Position numbers and translations under genes: made by a program. Shown one piece after another: positions 38,635-52,698 of a stretch of DNA of 64,000 nucleotides; position 1 is the stretch's first letter, and every line of letters begins with the position of its first letter. Source of the DNA: Octopus sinensis (lineage: Eukaryota); NCBI RefSeq assembly GCF_006345805.1, contig NC_042997.1, positions 100,626,001 to 100,690,000 of the forward strand, read 5' to 3'. The notes below the pieces were generated by a model. The model was not told where the DNA came from. It was given only the letters and a program-made list of their open reading frames with translations, and searched no databases.

Positions 38635-40873
38635 CAGTAGTCCCCCGGTATTAGCGGTGGTCACGTTCCTAGAGCGCCTGCGAATATTGAACGTGGTCCA
38701 TAAAAATGTCTATAATGTCAAAATATAACATATATATATATATATTTGACAATAATTTAATAAAAAATAAAGTAAAATGTATGGTTGCTCACCAATAATG
38801 ATTTAAGACGATGATGATGAAAATAATGAAGATAATGACTACACAACAAAGATTTAAAGCTCTAGTGACATACTGCGGCATAACTTTTACCTTCCTGGAG
38901 TATACCCGGCATTTGTACCTTCTCATTGAACGTTATAACCTTTTCCTGTCGCTTAGGTTCACTGCCAAAAACCTTTGAAGGTGTAGGAAGTTTGGGCAGC
39001 ATCTAGGGCTTTAATAACATGCTGCGAAAAACGAAACACTCGAGATAGCTACTGGACGCAGTTTTTCTCAAAAAAAAAAAAAATAACGTACAAAAAATCT
39101 TTCTTGCGTCTAATAATGCGCATACCACCAGTGGGAGATTGAGCAGAGATAAAAAAATAACCATGGTTTTGAAAAATTTAGTTTGTATTACCCCTAGATA
39201 CAGTAATCATTATAATTATAATGAGAGAGAGAGAGGGATGGGTACCGCAAGTAACTTAATCTCAATGAGGCTATATTGGCTCACAACCTTAAATATTTTC
39301 CCGTTGAAATAAACAATGTGTATGATCAAATGTAGTGATGATTTTAAAAAAGCGCTGGTATAAAATTAACGTTCAGTCTCGTGTTGTATATATCTTTGAT
39401 CTAATATCGGTAGCCCAAGTAATACTGGTGCGATACACTGCGTGTGTGTGTGTATTATTATTATTATTTCTAAATCTCTCCAAAGGAGACTACTGGGTAT
39501 TAATGGTTATCGCTAAGCTAACATGGCAGTCCAGAAAAATAGGACGAATGCTGCCGTTGATTAACTCCAAGAGGCCATTGTCATAAGTCATCAGCTTCCC
39601 CATGCTGGTTCAGACATTCACAGACTAGTTTCAGGGTATTTGCCCTTTATCAATGTGTCGTAGTCGAACCCAGCAGGTGATGGCTTCTTGGAGTTAATCA
39701 ACGGCAGCATTCGTCTTATTTTCTGGACTGCCATGTTAGCTTGGTGATAACTACTAATATCCAGTACTGCTGCCGTAGTCTCCTTTAAAGAGATTTAGAA
39801 ATAATATTTCTATTTTTGAAAACCAGTGAATGTGTTCCACTGAATATATATAAACCTTCGAACAGACAGTCAACAGCGACGCCTGCTGGGTTCGACTACG
39901 ACACATTGACAGAGGACAAATACGTTGAAACTTGTGTGTGGATGTCTGAACCAGCATGGGGAAGCTGAAGACCTCCCTTTTTCGAAAGTTGTAATGGACA
40001 CAGTTTTGTGTGTCACATAGCTAGCTAGAGGCGATGGCCTCTTGGAGCTAATCAACGGCAGCATTCGTCCTATTTTTCTGGACTGCTATGTTAGCTTGGC
40101 GATAACTATTTATATATATATACGCATAAAAAATATATAAAAATACAAAATGAGACAAGAACGCAAAACATTCAAATAGACGATGCAAAAAACGGACGGG
40201 TCATTCGAAGCCTCTAATCTTCAGTCAAGAACCGGATCATCCTCGCAATTTCGGCTGATTAATCTTGAGATTGCTCCGATCTGGCCAGCCCCAAGGAAAA
40301 ACTAAGCTACGAGCATTAGATTTCTTGGAAAAAGGATCGACCGTATACGAAACAAGAGCAGAAAAACGGACGATGTTACACGAATATAAATACAAAAAAC
40401 AAAATGTAATACGAATATAAATACAAAACAAAAACAAAAACAATAATATCAGGACAAAAACAACAGGCGTCTTTCGACTTTAGACAGTTCAACTTAGCTG
40501 GCGTATTAGAGAGAGAGTGAGAGTATGTGTGAAATATACATAGATGTCGCTATAGTAATTAGCAAGCTTTGATTGAAAGCAGGAATAAGAGATAGAAGAT
40601 ACAGTGTACTTGTATCTAAAATAATCAAGCGATGTGGTGCAGCTTCAACTGCGAAGGGGCGTCTAATAAACCGGCAAATACAGTATATTGTTTTTAATAA
40701 TTTAGCCTTAAAAAGTGTGAAACAATATATGTTGCTACGAAAGAAGCCATAAAAAATATCTCGGACGATATTTAACGATTCCGCGAATACGCAGTGGTTT
40801 CTGTGAACAATTATTCGTTGTGCGAATAATAGGGACCACGAATGCCGAACCGCGAATAAGCAGGTGTACACTG
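38635..40873. mobile_element. Tigger/pogo-like TIR element with a rearranged interior
   Basis: TA|CAGTAGTCCCCCGGTATTAGCGG ... CCGCGAATAAGCAGGTGTACACTG|TA. Confidence 0.65.
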
Positions 40874-40929
40874 TATTTGGAGTCAGTGCAAGTGCAGATG
40901 GATATGTTTTGTTCTATGTATGTGTTCTC

Positions 40930-42130
40930 ATGCATAAGTTACAAGCCTAGACATGCTCCTATAATTAAATGATAAACTTCTGGAAAATTTTAGAGATTTT
41001 TACAGTTCCAGTAATGGCTTGGATCTGTAGTCTTCGAATCAGTTTTCTCCTTTTTGGTTTTGAGAAGCATAACTTTCCAAGACTGGTACTGAGGTAGTGT
41101 GTCAATAATTAGAGGTATAAACCTGAACTTGTAATTTGGGTAGAGCAACTGTGGAATATTCAATAGTTCAGCGTAGGTATTCTCTTTTTCTCTGATCTTT
41201 AGCTTTATGTTAACATCTGCCCGGCAGCTGATTTCCACAACTGTACACAGTTTCTCTTCTCTATCCCAAATCACTAATGACAGGTCTATTATGTTTACAT
41301 TCTATTGAGGTCTTCACTGGGACATTCCAGCAGTACTCCTTATTATGAGTGGCTATGGTCTCTACCATACTGTAGATTCTCTTTTCTTTGGCTTTGGGGG
41401 TTATCCTTCTGATGGATCTCATTATACAGTGTCTTAGCCACAACATCATATCTCATCAGTTGATAATACTGCGACGACATTTTCGGACAACTGCTTATGA
41501 TGTGGGTGATATCTTCGGTGATAACTCCACTAAATCTGCATCGGTTATCATATTTTGGTGTGTTTCCTGCGTCTCTGTTCCTCTTGTGCGTCAGGTATTT
41601 GCTTGATATTTCCTGTTCCTGGATTGCAAACGCATAGCCTTCCGAGTTAGTGTTAGCAATCCGGTTGTTGGTTCATGACAGACTGCTTTGATTACCAATG
41701 TTACCATCATTCCGGAGCTTTCTGCTAACATATCCATGCATGCTCTTCCGCTGATATATGCTCATCCTTTCATCTGATGATACTTTGCGGTTGAGTCGTG
41801 CGGCATCTTTGGGCATGTATTCAAGGTTATCAGACAAAGAATGATGTTCAAAGAGCTGCTTTCAAAGCCTCATGATGTTATCTGCTTCGTGTATGCAAAC
41901 TTGGTCAAGGGATGCACTTTGACACTTGGTTGAGAAAAGATGTTGCGGAAGGGATATATGACACTCAAAGGTAATCTAGATCGATATCAAGATTATGCCC
42001 CTTGTTTCCATTTTAGGTAAAGCCGGTCAACATCGCTGTTGTTGTGGAAATTATGTGTGCTTGTTAGTATCTTCTGGGTTTTCACATCAATGCCACGGAT
42101 CTCATCACGTTTCCAATCAAGTGGCCTAAA
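40930..42130 (-). mobile_element. R4/Dong-like RLE LINE, C-terminal fragment
   Basis: NSDVDRLYL, the zinc-knuckle region EDITHIISSCPKMS..Y..RYDVVAK, and the RLE motif IWDREEKLCTVVEISCRAD. Confidence 0.8.
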
Positions 42131-42148
42131 TGTTGGCACTGTAAACAC

Positions 42149-42239
42149 TATGTATGTATGTATGTATGTATGTATGTATGTATGTATGTATGTATGTATG
42201 TATGTATGTATGTATGTATGTATGTATGTATGTATGTAT
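42149..42239. repeat. (ATGT)n microsatellite (a second tract lies at ~42401-42460)
   Basis: Read directly. Confidence 0.97.
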
Positions 42240-42431
42240 CATTGTTCATTATTGCTGATGCTGCTGTGAGTCTTAATTGAATGGCTGGCTGTAGCCTTAA
42301 AAAGCAAATAAAAGTCACATTCGATCACAGCACCAACAGCAGTTAAGCTTCGTGCAATGGCCATACTCGATAACGAGGGGCAGCCATCATCATCATCATC
42401 ATGTATGTATGTATGTATGTATGTATGTATG

Positions 42432-42462
<31 letters not shown>

Positions 42463-44559
42463 GCACACAGAGACAGACCTCACTACCGGAGGTTGTTGGC
42501 AGTAAATTACATTAAAAATTTTATAGTGCTAATTCAATTTGTTTTGTATAGAAACAAAAGAATGAAACAGGTAGTCTCACTGCTGTTACAAATGAATAAT
42601 ATAGTTAATTATATATCCGTTTTCAAAAGTACATACACACTCTCTTTCCCTTTCACAGTCTCTCTTTGACACACACAGACACTACGCGCGTTGCACACGC
42701 ACGCACACACCATATGTACACAAACACACAAATATGTGTGTGTGTATATATGTATGTGTGTGTGTGTATACATATATACGCATATGAATACACACACACA
42801 TACAATGTATGTATACATATGATTATATAAACACACAAACACCATTCTGTTTAGTTTGTGTACTAATGTATAATTATCAAATATAGAAAAAAAATCGATT
42901 CGTTTTTGTAATAAAAGTATGCTAATGAAAAGAGAATCTTTTAATTATATCTATGTGTATTTCTAATAAGTATAGTAAATAGAAATATAAAATATACTAA
43001 TAAACAGTATTTACACTGTGGACGAACTAACTGGAAACGATAGAAGCTAATACATTGAAATATAATACAAGAAAACAGAAAAGGGATAAGTATAAACTTG
43101 CATAGCTTTCCACTTACACATACACAGGAAAGGTAAATTTAACGATGGCTGGAAACTCTAAAAATCCATTCGCTGAAGGTACATTTTGAAATCTTGAAAA
43201 ATTTGATTTTATTCTTTTATTTATTTACTTCTTTGTTCGTTTTAGTCATTGCTAGTGCACTGCCTTGACGAGTTTTTTGTCAATCATATCGGCATTACTT
43301 GTAAGTCCTGTTGTTCTGCCGGTTCTAATTTTATAGAACCGTTAAGTTTCGAGGACATAAACAAGCCAACGCCGGTGGTCAAGTACACACACACACACAC
43401 TGATACGCACGCACGCACGCGCACACGCACGCACGCACGCGCACACGCACGCACACACATACACACACACATGCACGCACACGCACACATGCACATGCAC
43501 AATATAAGCAATCGTAAATTTGACGTAGTTTCTATTTTTTCTCCTCTAGTTACTTTGACTTCAGTTTTGATGATCAGTAAAACCCGAAACGTTATATTCT
43601 CTTCTAGTTCTTCCATTTGAAATGTTTATTTTCACTGTACCCATTCTGTGTTATTGCTGCGCTTAATTTTTGTACCCTTACCCTTATTCTACCACCACAT
43701 GTTTTATTTATATGTGTCCCCTCTTTATCTCATAACCTTCCTCTGTTTTACTTGTATGTGTGAGTGTGTGTGTGTGTGTGGTTAGTTAATTTTAATTTTG
43801 GCTCAGAAAGCAAAAAATTTTGGCTCAGAAAGCAAAAAATTTTGGCTCAAAAAGCAAAAAAGCAAGTGGTTGGGTGGGTGCGTATAATATAATATTATAT
43901 TATATATATACATGTGTGTGTGTGTGTGTGGTTCAGGGATTCTCAACCATTTTTTTATCTATGGACTCCTCTGATTATTATTTTATTCTGGTGGACTCCC
44001 ATAGTTATTGGATGTTTAAAAACTAGTTTTATAGAAACTTCTTCCAAAATTCTTGTTTCGCTTTTCACACATTAATTTTTGTAGATTGAACAATGTAAAA
44101 TGTTGGAGAAAGCAACCTATCTGTTTCTTGCAATACATACCATACATCTAAATCAAAATTTTTTTCTGGGTCCCTTAAAATACTATTGTGGATGCCCAGT
44201 TTACTATTTCGTTATGTGAACCCACCCTGAAATCTTATATGGACCCTCAAGGGCCATATGCACTCCAGTTGAGAACCACTGATATAGATCAAAGACAGAA
44301 AATGGAATTAGCGAGATTCTTTATTATATAAAATATGAAATACTAGATGTTAATATCTCTTATATTAGAAGCTTCCATCAGACTCCGTATCTATTTTCAA
44401 ATGATGTGTGCTAGGGTGATGGTGCTATAGCATTTACTGGGTTGAAATGGGGCACATCTTTGGCTTTTTAGATTCCACCGTCGTCGTCGTTGTCATCAGA
44501 AGCAGCAGTGGCATATGCTGCTGGGTGCAGGGCACATCTAAAGTTGTTTGCGCTCAGGA

Positions 44560-44830
44560 CACACACTCTCTTTGTAATTGCTCAGTATAAGAATTGAGCT
44601 CGTGAAATCCTCTTGTAATTTTTATTTTACTTTCTCGATTAAGATTGCTATGAAGAAAGACTTGCAGGCCTTCTTTTATAAGTGCCAAACCTTTAACCAT
44701 ATTTTTTGCAGTCATCTGAAGTGAAGTTGATGGGTCTTCTATGTTCTCCTCTTGCTCTGCAATCGCTTTCGTTGTAACGTCTTCAGCTTTTCGACCCAGT
44801 TTTTTTTTCTATTAGACCAAATAACTTAAC
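44560..44830 (-). pseudogene. Possible Tigger-type transposase C-terminal fragment
   Basis: EQEENIEDPSTSLQMTAKNMVKGLALIKKAC resembles Tigger C-termini. The match is weak. Confidence 0.35.
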
Positions 44831-45223
44831 CATGTGATTTTCCATGACCTCTCTAAACCTGAAGGCACATGTTAGAGCGTAGTTAGAGCGTAGGGATCAC
44901 TAGTTAGAGCGTAAGGATCACAACCATGAGGTTGCGAGTTCTATTCTCGGACTGTGCTCTGTGTTGTGCAAGATACTTTATTTTACGTTGCTCCAGTTAG
45001 AACCCCAAAAGATAAAGGCAATTCCGATGGACTGTAATCACTACTTAATTTGGACTGGGAGCGTGCGTTAAGGTCTGGGGTTTGGCGAAAGTGTTTTGTT
45101 AAGGAAATGAGATGAGTACAAGGGAATGCTTGGAAATAGGGACTTTAGGAATCAATAAAAAGCTCCTATTATTTATTTGTGCGTGTATATAGTGAATGTA
45201 TGCATATATATGTGTATGTACTG

Positions 45224-45267
<44 letters not shown>

Positions 45268-45899
45268 TGTAATCATGTGTATATCTATCTATCTATCTAT
45301 AAATATATATGTTACACACATACACATATGCCATATTGGTTTCAAATTTTGGCACAAGGCCAGCAAGTTCAGTGGACGGGGTAAGTCGATGACATTAATT
45401 CCAGTGCTCAACTGGTTCTTATTTTAGCGACTCCGAAAGGATGAAAGGCAAAGTTGACCTCGGCAGAACTGGAACTCAGATTGTAAAGATGGACGAAATG
45501 CTACTAAGTATTTTGCCCGGCGTGTTAACGATTGTGCCAGCTCCCAACCCTAAACATATATGTTATATTGTAAACATAACTATATTCAAATCTAATCTTT
45601 CTTATTAGTTTTTTTTGTATTTTCGTGTATGGTCATTGCAATTAGTTTGGAACTATAAAATTTTAAAGCCCATTTTTATCAATGTTTTAAGACCATCTCA
45701 GTATTGTCACTGGGATATAGAGCTGTGTTGGATTCTATACTGCCTCTTTTATTGTTTACCTGGGAAAGATAGTGATGAAAGATGGAAATCCCCTCCTGGT
45801 GGAAAACCCCACGAGAAGTCTCAAGGCTTCCATGAAAATTAGAAGAAAGATCTCCAATGATTATATCCTGCCAGTAATGATTTACGTCAGTGAAATACG

Positions 45900-46230
45900 G
45901 GCTTTCAACTCTACCTAATTGTAAATCAACGGAAAATAGAACAAATCATTCTCAGCATCAAATTGCAGAACAAGAAAACCAACACCTGGATTCGACAACA
46001 CATGAAAGGTCAATGATATCATTAGAACTATCAAGAAGTATAGATGGGCTGGCTACATCGCACGACTAAAGGACAACAGATAGACAATCAGAGTGACAGA
46101 ATGGACACCAAGACAATAGATAAGCTCAAGAGGCCGACCAAAGACAAGATGGTGAGATGATCCCACCTGCTATCTGGGACCTACATGGCCATGAATAACT
46201 AGCAACAGAGAGCGCTAGGAGGAGTTCAGG
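45900..46230 (+). mobile_element. RTE-type LINE C-terminal fragment
   Basis: NTWIRQ, RWAGYIAR, VTEW.PR, RGRPKTRW. Confidence 0.7.
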
Positions 46231-46559
46231 GAGGGGGTTTCTCTTTCAGGTGTGATGAAGTTCTGGTTGAGATTTTTTTGTTTATGTACTCTTTACTACC
46301 AGAATTTAACAGCAGGTCAAATTCTGACGGTAAAGACAGCAAACAAACAGGTCAAATTCGTAAAGACATATTACTTTAACGGTCAAAATACGTGCATTTT
46401 TTCTATGCTGTTTGTGTTAATTTTAGGTTTATGTTGCGATTATCATCTATTTTTGTGGAGTGTTAAATATAGTATAGATGTATTTTCTAGTTAGAGAAAA
46501 TTAGTAAAAACTACACAAAAACAACCCTTCACTTATTACCTTCTGTAGATAGACTACTT

Positions 46560-48700
46560 AAACTTCTTTCTCTTCTATTATTCTTTCAACGGTTATTAAC
46601 CCACCTCTTCTTTCTGTTCTTTCCCAATATAATAGTCCACATTTGATTAGAGTTGTATGCTTTTGTGCATTGTCAGTTGCTTTCTTTTCTTTCTATAGAT
46701 ATCCTGCAATTCGTCTTTTTTCCACTTAATGATTCCTGCTTTCCATACCTTAGAATATTACTGCTCTCATGCTGACTGTCTGTGTGATATTTACCACTCA
46801 AGTAATACTTTAACATCTTCATTCTGCGAAGATATTCTTTATTGAGGACTTTCTTCATTTCTAGACTTTTGATTTTATCACTTTCCAATATTCTAAGATG
46901 TTTATATGCTTCTTCTACATTTAAGGATCTTATATTCTCACTATCGAGTAGATTTATTTCAGTAATTTTATGATTTTTCCACGCTTCATTTCTATCATAG
47001 CACATTTCTCGATTCCAAATGTCATCTCAATGTCACTGCTAAGCATTCTGTTAGTTTGCATTAAAGAATCCAGTTGATTCTTGTCATTACCATTTATCAT
47101 AAGTCTTTAAATCATCTATAAACAGGAGATGATTAACTTTTCCCTATTATTTTTCCATGTATGCCTTTTTTTTTCAGCATTGTTTAGAATAATCGATAAA
47201 GGAAACTGTGTTATCTCTAACTAGATATGAGAGACCATCCCTTTGAACGATTATTTTTCTAATCTATAATTCTTTCCTACCCTGTTGTTGAAACTGCTCT
47301 CCAGTGTTGCGTTTCTTTTTCTTGCAGATATTAAAATTCTTGAACTCTTGATCAGCTCTAGGTAATGCTTGATCCATGAATGTGAGACTAGGTCATATAC
47401 CTTTCTATAATCATTTCACACTTTTCATAAATATGACATTCTCTCTCTGTAATTCCTCAAGATCATCTTATCAATCATTAGTTGGTGGTTTATTATCTTA
47501 CCCAATTTTCGACAGTTTTTCACCAGGCATTAATTGTTTTCAATATAAATCTTAATATATCTCTTCTGCAATTATTCCTGTCACTAGTTTCCACGTAAGT
47601 GGTAGTCGTAATTTGTTGGTAATTTGAAGCAACATCAACTTTCAATGTCTATAGTGACACCCCACACGACATGCCCTTATTTAGTGGTTTCGTAGAGACT
47701 CGTAAACTCTTTCAGTCATCTGGTTAAGTCGCTTTTCACTTTCTGACAATTTTCAGTGACTTCCAAATAGTTGATTTTGTGATAGTACCTCAACATTTCC
47801 AATGTAATTTTCTACTCGCTTCATTCACAGTAATTTATTATTGTAATTTGCATTCCCACCCCAATTTCTCCCCCAAAATAGTTTTGCTTTCTTTAACATT
47901 TGGTATCATGTTACCATTTCTCTCAAAAATATCAAATAAACACTTCTCGTTTGGCTATTTCTTCCTTTGTACTGTCTAATTAATTGGCAGCTTTTGCCTT
48001 TATTCTCTGCTTTATCTCTTCAAATGTCCCAATTCTCTCTTATTTCTGATGTGATACATTTCCTTTAATCTATCTTTCGCTTCTTCTATCCTTAATCTAC
48101 CTTGCTCCCACTGGTTCACCTTCTATCTTTGCCAAGGCTGCTAATCTTCATTTACGATCACATTTCTATCAAGGTACGTGCTGATCCTTCGCTTGTTCTT
48201 TCTTTGTCTCCACACATGTCTGCACCTGCAGTTGCATCCGCTAAGATCAATGTGTTGTTATCTCTAATGTTTTCACAGATAACCTTATCAACCACACTGC
48301 TCACTCCTGACATTCCTTAATCTTGGTTCTGTACAATATTCTCAAATTAACAGATTCTGAGACCTCTGGCTCCTTCAGCTTCTGTCTCAGTTTAAAAGGA
48401 TCTCTAATACATTGTCATTAAGGCTCTTATCATCAAATTTTCTTTTCTCCCGAATGCTCTTGGAAGCCCTTGCTTCAATTGTTAGACTTGTATTCTCTAG
48501 GTTAGCTACGATAGTTTCATTCATCTGATTGCCCGAAGAGTTATCACCACCAATCTTACTTTGGTCTGTTGTAGTTCTTGTAATTTTTGGTTGATGTTTC
48601 TCTGTATTTCTTCAATTTCTAAATCAGAATTGTATTTCCCACAATTGATACTTAGCCTAAAAGCTGTTGTTCTGTGACAGATTAAATACTCAAATTTCAT
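46560..48700 (-). mobile_element. Decayed R4/Dong-like LINE RT region
   Basis: VNHLLFIDDLKTY, YKHLRILE, KEYLRRMK. Many stop codons. Confidence 0.7.
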
Positions 48701-49477
48701 TCCAAATGCACAGCATTCTTTCCTGTAATCTTTGCTTCTTTCGCTGAATTCAATACTCCTACGACAAGGTGAGAGAGGTGTGACGAAAATATTCTGAGTG
48801 TGAATGAAAAAATTTCAACAATAACATCAACCACGGATGGAAGTGCTATGTGATGAAATGAAGCAACCACCACCACCACCACCATCACCACCATCACCAC
48901 CGCCACGATGATGACAACGACATCAACAACGATAATAAATAGTAAAATGTGAAGAAGCAGCGAGCGTATTTAAAAACTAGGCAGTACCGTCGGGTACAAA
49001 AAGAAATAATTACAATGGACTGCATTCCAATGTTACTGTGTTGATTTTTTTGTCTTAGAATCCTTTGCGTATTGCAGCAGTAAAAATATGGCAACTTGTT
49101 CTGTTTTTGTGCTGCAGAACACCAACTGCACAAGAAACCTCCCCTAAAGACTCCAGTCTCATTCACACTGTTGTCGTTCCGATTTATGCAGAACCTACAC
49201 TAAGACACAGATAGTGATTTCAAGGTTACACTACCAAATTATCAAGATATCATCTCTGTGAAGGTTGCCATCTATGGCTAAAAACACCCTCCTTTCAAGT
49301 GACAGAGATAGCCCGACTGGCATCAGAATTTATATTTCCCGCTCATTGAGCGTCGGATCAATCTTTTCATTGAGACACCATCTTTAGATAAGCTGTTGAC
49401 ATAGACCTAAACCGGTCTATCCACTTTTAGCTGAGGCAGGTTATACTGCGCTGGTTGCCACACAAGGGCTTTATACT

Positions 49478-50060
49478 TATTTCTTTACTACCCACAAGGG
49501 GCTAAACATAGAGTGGACAAACGGATTAAGTCGATTATATCGACCCCAGTACGTAACTGGTACTTAATTTATCGACCCCGAAAGGACGAAAAGCAAAGTC
49601 CACCTCGGCAGAATTTGAACTCAGAACGTAGCGGCAGACGAAATACCTATTTCTTTACTACCCACAAGGGGCAAAACACAGAGAGGACAAACAAGGACAG
49701 ACAAACGGATTAAGTCGATTATATCGACCCCAGTACGTAACTGGTACTTAATTTATCGACCCTGAAAGGATGAAAAGCAAAGTCCACCTCGGCAGAATTT
49801 GAACTCAGAACGTAGCGGCAGACGAAATACCTATTTCTTTACTACCCACAAGGGGCTAAACACAGAGAGGACAAACAAGGACAGACAAACGGATTAAGTT
49901 GATTACATCGACCCCAGTGCGTAACTGGTACTTAATTTATCGACCCCGAAAGGATGAAAAGCAAAGTCGACCTCGGCGGAATTTGAACTCACAACGTAAT
50001 GCAGACGAAATACCGCTAAGCATTTCGCCCGGCGTGCTAACGTTTCTGCCAGCTCGCCGC
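49478..50060 (-). mobile_element. SINE with one head and three tandem bodies
   Basis: Units begin at ~49478, 49648 and 49832 on the plus strand (TATTTCTTTACTACCCACAAGG...GGCAGACGAAATAC). A single head ends at ~50060. Confidence 0.9.
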
Positions 50061-50440
50061 CTCCAATGGCTTTATACCTCGCAGTTCAATACACTCTTGA
50101 ACCTGATTTGGTAGTTCTAGTCGTAGCCTTCGCCAGCCTGTGATTGACATGAACCTGGCTAAATAGAAAAGGAATGGAGACAAGGAGACTTCTTGAAATA
50201 TTCCGATTCTCATGGGGATGGGTTTCGTTTTATATTTCCCTCTTTTGTCTGTATCACCAAAATTGTTTGCCCTTTGCTCATGACATGTTTTATATGTCTT
50301 CTCATTACTCGTGACACTTTACTCATGGCAAGCGTTTCCAGGATCTAAGTGTGGAGAATACTGTGAAAAATGAATCCATGCTATTCTTAGATTCTTTTCT
50401 CATTTGTATTCTTTGGGTATGACTTCGCTGAGTATATTAG

Positions 50441-50442
<2 letters not shown>

Positions 50443-50532
<90 letters not shown>
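50443..50532. repeat. Pure (AC)45 microsatellite
   Basis: Read directly. Confidence 0.95.
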
Positions 50533-50534
<2 letters not shown>

Positions 50535-51241
50535 CGCTGCTTTAAAATCATCATTTTAAGAGTTTCTTGATACCTATTGTCTTACTTTAGGCGTTTAGCT
50601 CTCATTTAAGTATTTATCTAATGCTTAGGGAAAATGTTATAACATTTTTCCTAGTATCTTCTTTCCTTTCAGTGTGTGTGTGTGTGTGTGTGTGTTTGTG
50701 TGCGTATGTTTAGTCTAATGTCTGTGTTTGGTGTAATTCTATTGTCTATATCCAAGGTAGTATTAATGATTTTTAAAATTTTTGTTCTTCAATAGTGCTC
50801 TTTTTCTAAATCCAATTTCATGCCAAATTAGCAGCATATATAACAGAATTTCTAGTTGTTTGTCAACTGTAGTACAAAACTTAATGTCATTCATAAAAAA
50901 ACCCCAAAAAACGATGCTTCATTTCATCGCATAGCACTTCCGTCCGTATGTAGTCAGGTTTTACATAATGGTTATATATTTTACTGCCAGACAGAGAAAA
51001 AGTAAAAGGATTTTGTCTATAAACTGCTTGGATAATGTGAATGAGTAGAAGTTTTCAACTGCCTATGTTGCATATGCCAAACTCTATCGTATATGTATTT
51101 AGTAGGCGGAATGTTTTTCACGTATAATACGTTCTGTAGCATATCTGATATCCTCACTGTTTGAGAGACACAATAAGAATGATCTCGTTTGAGATTACAA
51201 CCATCTTTGGCTAGTTTGACCCTGTTGTGTCCACTGCTCTG

Positions 51242-51287
51242 ATTGGTTGGCATTTGGCGCGGTTCGTCTCTCGACTTATTTCGCGCC
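51242..51287. promoter_or_regulatory. Candidate promoter motif cluster: CCAAT box plus two E2F-consensus sites
   Basis: ATTGG at 51242-46, TTTGGCGC at 51253-60 and TTTCGCGCC at 51279-87, in a CpG-rich patch. Motif evidence only. Confidence 0.3.
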
Positions 51288-51628
51288 AGAGTGTAAAGCC
51301 AACCAGTCATGACCTTCGGATAAGATGCCCTTCTTTGATATATCATTGAGAACAATAGATTTAGTTGGTGGTCTTGTTATCTCTATTCTAGCTTTTAGTG
51401 AAGTAGAAGAGGTTTGAAAGGGTCAATGATGAAGACATTATTTCGGCCTAGCTAAAGGCATCTGGAAAATGTAAAACTGCTGTCAGAGAAAAACCATTGT
51501 TCCACCGTGGGAAAATTTCTGTTGCAGTGTTAATTCAAATTTGGCTATGGTGGATCGAATCCACTTTATGCATGCAAGATCCACTACAAATATATTGTCT
51601 GCTTCTTTTATGCTATTAAAATAGTTTC

Positions 51629-52698
51629 TTGGATCTTTTCTGTTCGACTTCATTTTTTGAAATTTTAAAATAAAATGAAATTTGTTCTAAAAAAGTTTTA
51701 GGAAAATGTTACAGAAGTTAAAGTTTGATAATTTTTACCCAATGGGAAAACAAGATTTGGAAGCTGGTATTTTGTGCGTAATGACAACATTCCGACGACA
51801 AAACATTCAACGACGGAAGTTTTAATAAGTTTTAATGAATAAAATTACGTGAAATATTTGAACAGGCGTATAATGCGAAAAATCTCCACGCCCCAAAGAA
51901 ACTGAACGGGATAGTTAAATTACGAAAATACAAACTTAACGTTAAATTACAAAAAGATACACGCTCCCCCCCCCAAACAAACTGTAGTTGTCCAGTCCAT
52001 TTAAATATATTTTGTTGCGAGAACACGAAATTACGATGAAACAAACTGTAATTCAGTTCATGTAACGATTGAACTGCTGGAAAAGACAACCAAATCCCCT
52101 CCCAAACAACGTCATAAATGAAGAAGGATATACATATTATGGTAGTCCTTGATAACTCTAAAACTATGGAGCGTTCAGTACTAGAATGCTCCTTTTGATC
52201 CTAGGTCTGCCCGAGCAACCGCATTGTCTTCTATTTCTCCATCGTATACGAAGGTTACATGAGTTGGCAACATATGGGTCAGCAGACCACACAACAATTT
52301 GGCTTGTTACTATGGAAACAGATACCAATATGTCTGGTTAAAATTACCCAAAATTTGCAAATTTTAAAAGCTACTAACTTTTTATTTATTGATTTAAGGC
52401 AAAAATTAATTTCATTTCTATAATTAGCATACAAAACTACATCAATACACCAAATTTGAAATTAATTGGAACAAAATTGAAGGAATTGAAATGTGAACAT
52501 TAAATTACGAAAAAAAAAAAACGAAACAAAAAACAAACGTAACTTTAAATTGCAAAAGGAAAATTACAAGCAAGCAAACACCCCCCACTGAAAAAAAAAA
52601 CAAACAAGAAAATAACCCAAACAAACTATGGCTGTTCAATCCATGTAAACAATACAAAACGAAATTGAAAGAATTGAAAGCCAAACAGAAAAGATCTA
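51629..52698. mobile_element. Non-autonomous TIR element (GATCTTTTCTGTTT termini)
   Basis: TTGGATCTTTTCTGTT ... CCAAACAGAAAAGATC. The interior is shared with 60196-60742. Confidence 0.7.

Noticed and set aside
40190-40240. CTGAAGA...GAA motif on the minus strand in a PLE-like terminal fragment
   Set aside because: Stem II and the GAAA/stem III junction do not fit the hammerhead consensus.
43796-43862. Three-copy 22-bp tandem TTTTGGCTCAGAAAGCAAAAAA
   Set aside because: Ordinary slippage duplication with no further structure.
40930-48700. Two R4-like fragments as one split element
   Set aside because: Both contain the DVDRLY-region motif, so they overlap in element coordinates and are separate copies.
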